From positions 1,611 to 65,610 of the forward strand of contig JAEEKA010000117.1 of assembly GCA_016282135.1 (NCBI GenBank): a stretch of 64,000 nucleotides of DNA. The letters are read 5' to 3'. Source of the stretch: Oscillospiraceae bacterium. Lineage in GTDB: Bacteria > Bacillota > Clostridia > Oscillospirales > Oscillospiraceae. The notes beneath the pieces are model-generated. The model worked only from the letters and a program-made list of their open reading frames with translations. It was not told the DNA's origin and ran no database searches. Positions 57,701 to 64,000 of the stretch are shown here, in pieces; within the stretch, counting starts at the first letter, position 1; each line of letters begins with the position of its first letter. The position numbers and the translations under genes were made by a program.

Positions 57701-58482
57701 AATTGGTAAAGCATGAATCCCACGCCGCGGCCCGGGCCATGGTGCCCCTGCTGGGCGGCCTGCTGGCCATGGCCATTCTGGCCCGAGGCTCTATCTGGAT
57801 GATGGAATCCGTGGAATCTCCCGTTACCAGCATGCTGGGCGTCTTCCTGGTGAGTATCTTTTTCCTGGCCTGCGGCGCCATGGTGGTCACCACCACGATC
57901 CTGATGATGGTCCGCTTCGCCAAATCCGTCCACGGGGACGAGGGCTATCTGACCCACACCCTGCCGGTCAGCGTCAGCACCATCCTGCTCAGCCGTCTGC
58001 TGGTCAGCTTCCTGGCGGTGCTGCTTTCCTTCGGCGCGGTCTACGCGGGCGTCCGGATCGCCACTCTGGGGGTGGATTCCATCGAGAGCCTGGGGGTCAG
58101 CTTCCGGGTTATCATCGAAAACAGCGGCATCGAAACCAAGTCCATCCTGCTCAAGCTCTGCTGCGTGGGCGTCCTGTCGATCCTGAGCATGATCCTGATG
58201 ATCTATGCGGCCATCTCCATCGGCCACAGCTTCCCCACCGGAAAGACCGGCAAGAGCGTTCTGTTCTTCTTCGTCCTGTACATCGCCGCCCAGATCATCA
58301 CCTCGATTGCGCTGGTTGGGGTGCTGACTGCAGAATATGGATTTGACGGACTGAGAACCATAGAAACCAATGATTTCCCGTCCAGCCTGTTCTGGTTTAC
58401 TGTGGGGCAAAGCGTTCTGTTCGGCTCCGTCTACTACTTCCTGACCTGGATCACCACCAAGAAACGCCTGAACCTGGCCTGA
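57691..58482 (+). CDS. Membrane protein, putative permease partner of the YtrA-type ABC system
   Basis: 263 aa, multiple TM segments. Overlaps the ATPase stop. Confidence 0.65.
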   Translation: MFLKLVKHESHAAARAMVPLLGGLLAMAILARGSIWMMESVESPVTSMLGVFLVSIFFLACGAMVVTTTILMMVRFAKSVHGDEGYLTHTLPVSVSTILLSRLLVSFLAVLLSFGAVYAGVRIATLGVDSIESLGVSFRVIIENSGIETKSILLKLCCVGVLSILSMILMIYAAISIGHSFPTGKTGKSVLFFFVLYIAAQIITSIALVGVLTAEYGFDGLRTIETNDFPSSLFWFTVGQSVLFGSVYYFLTWITTKKRLNLA

Positions 58483-58495
58483 GGCCATCATACAA

Positions 58496-58527
58496 GAAAC
58501 GAGGATGCGTCGCCGCATCCTCGTTTC
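58496..58527. terminator. Bidirectional terminator between convergent genes
   Basis: GAAACGAGGATGCG-tcgc-CGCATCCTCGTTTC. Confidence 0.75.
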
Positions 58528-58545
58528 TGTTATCGTATACCAATA

Positions 58546-59697
58546 TTAGCATAAAAAGTCCTTCAGTCTTCCCAGCGCGTCCTCTACAAAGGACCGGGGG
58601 CAGGCCAGGTTCATGCGGAAGAAGCCCTCGCCGGTTTTGCCGTAGGCGGTGCCGGGGGTGACCCAGAGGCCGGTCTCAGCCCGCAGCCGGTCGGTGAATT
58701 CCTGCACCCTGTCTGTCCGGGCGGACACGTCCACCCAGAGCAGGTAGGTGGCCTCGGAGACCGAAACCTTGACCCCGGGCAGCTCCCGGTCGGCAAAATC
58801 CTTTACCAGTCGCTTGTTCTCCCAGATGTAGGCCCGGGCCTGATCCAGCCAGCCGCCGCCCCGGGTAAAGGCCGCGATAGCGGCGGGCGCGGCGAAGCTG
58901 TTGGGCTCTGCGACCTCGTCGGTGTTCAGAGCCCGCCAGGCCTTGTGGCGCAGCACCGGGTCCGCCGCGTAGACGGCGGAGGAGTGCATCCCCGCCAGAT
59001 TGAAGGCCTTGGTGGGGGCGATGCAGGTGATGGAAATGCTTTTGCAGGTCTCGTCCACGGCGGCGAAGGGCAGATAGCCCAGGCCGGGGGCGGTGAGGTC
59101 GCAGTGGATCTCGTCGGAGATCACCGTGACGTGGTGCTTTTGGCACAGGGCGCCGATCCGGGCCAGCTCCTCCCGGGTCCAGATCCGGCCCACGGGATTG
59201 TGGGGATTGCAGAGAATCATCAGGCCGGTCTGGGGGTCCGCCAGCTTCTGCTCCAGATCGGCGAAGTCAATGGACCAGTTCTCCCCGTCATAACGCAGGG
59301 GACTTTCCAGCACCCGGGCTCCGTTGTTGAGAATGGAGTTGAAAAAGATGTTGTACACCGGGGTCTGGATCAGCACGTTTTCATTGGCCGTGGTCAGCTT
59401 GCGCACCAGGGAGGAAATGGAGGCCACCACGCCGGCGGAAAAGATCAGGTTGTCCTTCTCCATGGTCAGCCCGTGACGGTCCCGCCACCAGCCTATATAG
59501 GCCTCATACCAGGCTTCTCCCATGTCGTCGTAGCCGAAGATGCCGTGGTCCAGCCGCTTTTGCAGGGCGGCCCGAATTTCCGGAGCGGCCTCGAAGTCCA
59601 TGTCCGCGATCCACATAGGCAGCTCGCCGGGCTTGCAGTCCCACTTATAGCACAGACTCCCCCGCCGGCTGGGCGGGGAATCAAAGTTGTATTTCAT
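58546..59697 (-). CDS. PLP-dependent C-S lyase (MalY/PatB-type cystathionine beta-lyase family)
   Basis: N-terminus MKYNFDSPPSRRGSLCYKWD, PLP-lysine context IAPTKAFNLAG. The ATG at 59697 has better RBS spacing (CAGGAG + 7 nt) than the one at 59703. Confidence 0.8.
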   Translation of the reverse strand: MKYNFDSPPSRRGSLCYKWDCKPGELPMWIADMDFEAAPEIRAALQKRLDHGIFGYDDMGEAWYEAYIGWWRDRHGLTMEKDNLIFSAGVVASISSLVRKLTTANENVLIQTPVYNIFFNSILNNGARVLESPLRYDGENWSIDFADLEQKLADPQTGLMILCNPHNPVGRIWTREELARIGALCQKHHVTVISDEIHCDLTAPGLGYLPFAAVDETCKSISITCIAPTKAFNLAGMHSSAVYAADPVLRHKAWRALNTDEVAEPNSFAAPAAIAAFTRGGGWLDQARAYIWENKRLVKDFADRELPGVKVSVSEATYLLWVDVSARTDRVQEFTDRLRAETGLWVTPGTAYGKTGEGFFRMNLACPRSFVEDALGRLKDFLC

Positions 59698-59721
59698 TTC
59701 CATACTCCTGCTGCCTGATGC

Positions 59722-60600
59722 CTACCGTCTCCACTCCGGATGCTCGAAGCACTCGTCGATGGCCTTGCAGACGATTTTGGTCTTGCCGGGATCGATGAAG
59801 TCCTTCTCCAGAATCAGCTCCCCGATGGCGGGGGCGGTGATGGTGCCGGAGCCGGGATTCAGCACGCTGTCGATCCTGGAGGTGATTTCCGCCTCCACGC
59901 TGGAATACTCAAAGGCCAGACTGGTGTGGATCAGCTTGCAGTTGACCATCTTCAGGTTCTCAATATAGCACATACCCTGGAGGCTCTCGACGGTGCAGTT
60001 CACCAGGGTCAGGTTCTTGGCGTTCCAGCCCAGGTACTCGCCGGAGATAAAGGAGTCGTAGACCGTGACGTTTTCCGTGTTCCAGAAGGCGTCCTTGGTC
60101 AGCAGCCGGGAGTTGCGGATCACCGCGTTCTTTGCCCCGTCGAAGGAGTAGTTGCCGTCCAGGGTCAGCCCGTCGATCTCCAGATTTTCGCTGTTCATGC
60201 AGAAGTAAGGGGCCCCGGCGGCGCTGACGTTTTTCATCTTAACGTCCTTGCAGGCCCAGATGGTCTCGGTGGGATTGGTGAACACCACGTCCTCCAGGGT
60301 CAGGCCGGTGCAGCGGCGGAAATTCTTGGGGGCCTGGATCACGGCGTTTTTGACCCGGATGTTGTGGGTGTACCACACGCCGGCCCGGGCCATCTCAAAC
60401 CAGGTGCAGCCCTCCACGTCCACGTTTTTGCAGTACCAGAGGGGGTACTTCCAGCGGAAGAGATCCCCCCGCAGCTCCAGATCGTGACATTCCTTCAGGG
60501 GAGATTCCCCCGCGTCGAAGACGGAGTCCACCACCCGCAGGTCGTGTTCGCCGAAGAGGGCGCGTTCGCCGGTGAAATAGCCTTGCTTCAGTTCTTTCAT
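59722..60600 (-). CDS. DUF3737-family beta-helix protein
   Basis: MKELKQGYFTGERALFGEHDLRVVDSVFDAGESPLKE...: repetitive right-handed-helix-like pattern typical of DUF3737. Confidence 0.65.
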   Translation of the reverse strand: MKELKQGYFTGERALFGEHDLRVVDSVFDAGESPLKECHDLELRGDLFRWKYPLWYCKNVDVEGCTWFEMARAGVWYTHNIRVKNAVIQAPKNFRRCTGLTLEDVVFTNPTETIWACKDVKMKNVSAAGAPYFCMNSENLEIDGLTLDGNYSFDGAKNAVIRNSRLLTKDAFWNTENVTVYDSFISGEYLGWNAKNLTLVNCTVESLQGMCYIENLKMVNCKLIHTSLAFEYSSVEAEITSRIDSVLNPGSGTITAPAIGELILEKDFIDPGKTKIVCKAIDECFEHPEWRR

Positions 60601-60644
60601 AGGTACCTCCTGTTTTTGTAGATGGGTTGAAAATTTCTTCTCGT

Positions 60645-61523
60645 TTACCGGGCAGGATGCTGATGAAAATACGCTTCCGCCTGGGCTTGGTTGCGGAAAA
60701 TTTCTTCCTTCAGGGCTTCCAGACTTTCAAAGCGCCGTTCGTCCCGGAGTCGGCAGTAGAAGTCTACGGTGAGGGTCTTGCCGTAGAGTTCTCCGGCAAA
60801 GCCTGAGAGCCAGGTTTCCACGGTGCGGCGCTTCCCGTCCACCGTGGGATTCGTGCCCACGTTGCAGACGCCGTTCCAGCTCTTGCCGTCCGCTGTTCCC
60901 CGGACGGCGTAAACCCCGTCCTTGGGCAGGACCAGATCCGGGCTTGGCAGCAGATTCGCCGTGGGGAAACCCAGTTTGTGACCCAGGTGCCGCCCCGACT
61001 GCACGATGCCGGACAGCGTGTGGGGATGCCCGTAATAGAGGGCGGCGGTCTCCACGTCTCCGGCCTCTACCAGGGCCTTGATCCGGGTGGAGGAGACGGT
61101 GATCCCATCGATGGCCCGAGCGGGTATCACGTCACAGCCCAGGCCCCGGGCTTCGCACCAGCCCCGCAGCAGAGCAGGCGTGCCCTCCCCCCGGAAGCCG
61201 AAGCGATAATCCCAGCCGCAGACCAGCCAGGCCGCCTCGTAGTCCCGGACCAGGCTTTCCAGAAAAGCGTCCCAGCTTTGGCCCATGAATTCCTCGGTAA
61301 AGGGCAGGACTGCCACGTCCCGGATGCCGTAGAGCGCCCGCATCAGCCGGACCCGGTCGTCCACGGTGGTCAGCAGCCGCCCGTCCTTGCCGGGGCTCCG
61401 GTCAAAGGTCAGGGCCAGGGCCCGCCAGTCCCGTTCCCGGGCAAGCTCCGCCGTCCGGCGCAGCAAATCCCCGTGGCCCAAATGGACCCCGTCGAAAAAG
61501 CCAAGGGCAATGACTGTTTGCAT
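60645..61523 (-). CDS. ribF: Bifunctional riboflavin kinase / FAD synthetase
   Basis: MQTVIALGFFDGVHLGHGDLL... N-terminal nucleotidyltransferase motif. C-terminal kinase GFPTANL...GVYAV.... Confidence 0.9.
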   Translation of the reverse strand: MQTVIALGFFDGVHLGHGDLLRRTAELARERDWRALALTFDRSPGKDGRLLTTVDDRVRLMRALYGIRDVAVLPFTEEFMGQSWDAFLESLVRDYEAAWLVCGWDYRFGFRGEGTPALLRGWCEARGLGCDVIPARAIDGITVSSTRIKALVEAGDVETAALYYGHPHTLSGIVQSGRHLGHKLGFPTANLLPSPDLVLPKDGVYAVRGTADGKSWNGVCNVGTNPTVDGKRRTVETWLSGFAGELYGKTLTVDFYCRLRDERRFESLEALKEEIFRNQAQAEAYFHQHPAR

Positions 61524-61573
61524 AGCTTATCCTCAAAGAATCGTGTAGCGCGGGCAATCTGCCCGCTTTGCGA

Positions 61574-62461
61574 CTAAACCTCAAAAAAGCTCTTGATCGT
61601 GGTGAGTTCCCCGTGGTTGACGGCGCAGAGGCCCAGGAAGTCCCCGGCGGGGCCGTAGACCCGATACTCGCCGTCGGCCAGCTTGCCGGTGCGCAGGCTT
61701 GCGCCGTTGCGGAGCTTGTGCTCCCCCGCCTCGTTGACGGTACAGCGGGGCCGGTCGGCAAAGAGACTGTCCACCGGCAGCAGGAAGCGCGCCGGATCGG
61801 GGTCAGCCAGAATCTCATCCAGCGTGTGGGCCTGCTCGATCCCGTAGCGCCCGGCCCGGGTCCGCCGCAGACCCGCCATGCAGCCCCCGCAGCCCAGGGC
61901 CGCGCCAATGTCGTGGCAGAGGGTCCGAACGTAGGTGCCCTTGGAGCAGTGGACGCGCAGGGCAAATTGAGAATTGAGAATTGAGAATTGAGAATTATCC
62001 CGATCAAGAAGCGTCAGCTCGTGGATCACCACCGTCCGCGCCTCCCGCTCCACCTCCTGCCCCTTCCGGGCCAGGGCGTAGAGCTTCTGCCCGTTGACCT
62101 TCACGGCGGAATACATGGGGGGAATCTGTTGAATCGGCCCCCGGAACCGGGCCAGGACTGCCTCAAATTGCTCTGATGTTATGTCAACCGGACGCTCCTC
62201 CAGGGTGCGTCCGGTGGTGTCCTGGGTGTCCGTGACCAGGCCCAGGCGCAGAACGGCCTCATAGACCTTGTCGGCGTGCTCAAAGAAGGGCACCGCCCGT
62301 GTGGCCCGGCCCAGGAAGATGGGCAGAACGCCGGTGGCCATGGGGTCCAGGGTGCCGCCGTGGCCCACCCGTTTTTCGTGAAAGACGCCCCGGAGCTTGG
62401 CCGCCACGTCCTGGGAGGTCCAGCCCGCGGGCTTGTCTACGATCAATATTCCGTTTGGCAT
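61574..62461 (-). CDS. truB: tRNA pseudouridine(55) synthase TruB
   Basis: MPNGILIVDKPAGWTSQDVAAKLR...GHGGTLDPMATGVLPI...CSKGTYVRTL. Start at 62461; the ORF-track extension upstream is spurious. Confidence 0.95.
   Translation of the reverse strand: MPNGILIVDKPAGWTSQDVAAKLRGVFHEKRVGHGGTLDPMATGVLPIFLGRATRAVPFFEHADKVYEAVLRLGLVTDTQDTTGRTLEERPVDITSEQFEAVLARFRGPIQQIPPMYSAVKVNGQKLYALARKGQEVEREARTVVIHELTLLDRDNSQFSILNSQFALRVHCSKGTYVRTLCHDIGAALGCGGCMAGLRRTRAGRYGIEQAHTLDEILADPDPARFLLPVDSLFADRPRCTVNEAGEHKLRNGASLRTGKLADGEYRVYGPAGDFLGLCAVNHGELTTIKSFFEV
61965..61996. repeat. Tandem heptamer array AATTGAG x 4.6, in frame inside truB
   Basis: Units start at 61965, 61972, 61979 and 61986, plus a partial unit. 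It encodes ...DNSQFSILNSQFA... in the loop preceding LRVHCSKGTY. Confidence 0.95.
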
Positions 62462-62531
62462 GTGTTTCGTTCCGTTTCTGTCGTTGTGAGCGGAGCAATG
62501 CGAAGTCGAAAAACCCGTCCTTTTTCCGCTT

Positions 62532-63506
62532 CTACAGCTTGATGACTTCTCCAATTGCCCGCAGGATGGCCGCTCGGGCGGCGGGAATGCCGCCCTCCAC
62601 CGAGGCGCCGGCGGCGCCGGGATGTCCGCCGCCCCCCAGCTTTGCGCAGATGGCCGCGGCGTTGAAGGCAGGGCCGCAGCGCAGGGAAATTTTTCCCTTG
62701 CCGCCCTCTACCTCCCGGAGCATCACGGCCAGCTCCACGCCCTCCACGGCCCGGCCGAAGCCGGAAATGTCGTCGATGTCGTCCTCGGTCAGCTTCAGCT
62801 CCTCCATCAGAGCCTGGGGGATGGCGGAAACCGCCACCCGGCCTCCGGCAAAGAATTCCATGTGCTCCACCAGCCAGGCCTCCAGGGCCAGCCGGGGACG
62901 GCGCTTGATCTCAAAGAAGGCCCGGTTGATGGGGAAGATTTCCGCGCCCGCCTCCACGCAGGCGGCGGCGCAGCGGAAGGTGTTGGCGGTGACGTTGGAG
63001 TAGCGGAAGCAGCCCGTGTCCGTGGAAATCGCCACGTAGAGGGCCTCGCCCATCTCCTTTGTCATGGCCGTGCCCAGCAGGGGCAGGAGCTCCGCAATGA
63101 TCTCCCCGCAGGCTGCTCTGGTTTCGTCGGTGTGAGTCCGGACGGCGAAGCCGTCGTTGGTCCCGTGGTGATCGATGGCCAGCTCTACCGCCGCGTCCTC
63201 CATCCCAAAGGGCAGCAGTCCCCGGGAGGCAACGTCGCAGGAAATGATACAATACTCCTCTGATCTCTGATCCTTGATCCCTGATCCCTGGATGGCCGTC
63301 AGGCCGTCCAAGCAGGGCGCGAAGCGGGGGGTGAACTGGGGGTTGGCATAGAGCCAGGCTGTCTTGCCGATGGCCCGGAGGGCCCGGCAGAGGGCTGCAC
63401 AGGAGCCCACCGTGTCCCCGTCGGGACGGCGGTGGGAGAGAATCAGATAGTTGTCATGCTCCAGCAGGAAGGCGGCTGCCTCCTGCAGGGAAAACCGCTC
63501 GTTCAT
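62532..63506 (-). CDS. nrnA: DHH/DHHA1 phosphoesterase NrnA (oligoribonuclease / pAp phosphatase)
   Basis: ...LILSHRRPDGDTVGS...IDHHGTN...GGGHPGAAG motifs. Position in the rbfA-truB operon. Confidence 0.9.
   Translation of the reverse strand: MNERFSLQEAAAFLLEHDNYLILSHRRPDGDTVGSCAALCRALRAIGKTAWLYANPQFTPRFAPCLDGLTAIQGSGIKDQRSEEYCIISCDVASRGLLPFGMEDAAVELAIDHHGTNDGFAVRTHTDETRAACGEIIAELLPLLGTAMTKEMGEALYVAISTDTGCFRYSNVTANTFRCAAACVEAGAEIFPINRAFFEIKRRPRLALEAWLVEHMEFFAGGRVAVSAIPQALMEELKLTEDDIDDISGFGRAVEGVELAVMLREVEGGKGKISLRCGPAFNAAAICAKLGGGGHPGAAGASVEGGIPAARAAILRAIGEVIKL
63261..63288. repeat. Tandem heptamer array TGATCYC x 4 (minus-sense GGATCAG-like), in frame inside nrnA
   Basis: TGATC recurs at 63261, 63268, 63275 and 63282. 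It encodes ...IQGSGIKDQRSEE.... Confidence 0.9.
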
Positions 63507-63916
63507 GCGTCCTCCTCATGATCCGCGGCTTCCTGGGCCGCGGCCTGTTCCTCCTCTGAGCTTTCCTCGTCCTTGGGAATATCCAGGGTGGAGAGAATGT
63601 CCAAAATCCTGGCGCCGTAGGTGATGGAGTGATCCTCGGCCCACACCAGCTCGGGGGTGTGGCGGAGGCTCAGGCGGTTGGCCAGCTCGTGGCGCAGGAA
63701 GCCTCCGGCGGCCTTGAGGCCCTTGAAGACCTCCTTGCTCTGCTCCTTATCGTAGACGGAGACGTAGACCTTGGCAAAGCGGAGATCCGCCGTGGTGTCC
63801 ACCCGGGTCACGGAGACCATGGTTTTCTGCACCCGGGGATCCTTCACGGACCGCAGCAGGTCGGATAATTCTCTCTGTATTTCTTCGTTGATTCGTCCGA
63901 TTCGGTTGGATGGCAT
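63503..63916 (-). CDS. rbfA: Ribosome-binding factor A (with an acidic C-terminal tail)
   Basis: MPSNRIGRINEEIQRELSDLLRSVKDPRV.... RBS AAAGGAGG before the ATG at 63916. Confidence 0.9.
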   Translation of the reverse strand: MPSNRIGRINEEIQRELSDLLRSVKDPRVQKTMVSVTRVDTTADLRFAKVYVSVYDKEQSKEVFKGLKAAGGFLRHELANRLSLRHTPELVWAEDHSITYGARILDILSTLDIPKDEESSEEEQAAAQEAADHEEDA

Positions 63917-63942
63917 CGTGCATCCTCCTTTCTGATGCAAGG

Positions 63943-63970
63943 GAATAGGGAAGAGTGAATAGTGAAGAGT
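63943..63970. repeat. Period-7 array GAATAGG/GAAGAGT/GAATAGT/GAAGAGT in the rbfA leader
   Basis: Four consecutive heptamers (two 14-mers) read directly. Followed by the hairpin TTCAAATC-acc-GATTTGAA at the window edge. Confidence 0.8.
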
Positions 63971-64000
63971 TTCGGTATTTTTCAAATCACCGATTTGAAA

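Overview
High-GC Firmicutes-type chromosomal segment. It is probably from a Clostridia / Oscillospiraceae-like organism, but that is inference from gene content and codon style only. I call about 40 real genes. Most long ORFs on the opposite strand of these genes are GC-driven shadow frames.

The window is dominated by a cell-envelope theme. Seven secreted proteins carry triple SLH (S-layer homology) anchoring modules:
- an 808-aa repeat protein
- a BspA-type LRR protein
- two paralogous lysozyme-like proteins that bracket an MBOAT + DHHW O-acyltransferase operon
- a roughly 3,940-aa S8 protease with six gingipain-type cleaved-adhesin modules
- a 1,834-aa protein with three nucleotidase/phosphoesterase modules
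- a 1,261-aa beta-helix (Cthe_2159-like) protein with extracellular CxxC units

Ordinary housekeeping blocks lie between them: rny, a Y-family polymerase, hemZ, a Udk-like kinase, mtaD, a SpoVB/MurJ-like flippase, hup, a D,D-carboxypeptidase, and the rbfA-nrnA-truB-ribF operon. There are three ABC exporter operons with MarR-like, TetR and GntR regulators. There are two riboswitch-controlled vitamin uptake units: TPP-thiT, and cobalamin-DUF4430-ECF S component.

I saw no rRNA, tRNA, CRISPR, transposase, integrase or recognisable defence genes.

The most unusual signals, in my reading:
1. The modular SLH surface-protein set, especially the gingipain-like protease and the triple nucleotidase.
2. 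The O-acyltransferase operon flanked by paralogous SLH lysozyme-like genes that share a conserved promoter/leader.
3. A family of AT-rich period-7 (heptamer) micro-arrays of about 4 units each. Some sit in frame inside conserved housekeeping genes (truB, nrnA, an RluA-family gene) and others are intergenic, including the ends of a 236-bp island flanked by 14-bp direct repeats.
4. A perfect 22+22 bp palindrome covering the promoter and RBS of a TetR gene.

All domain assignments come from motif recognition by eye. No database search was run.
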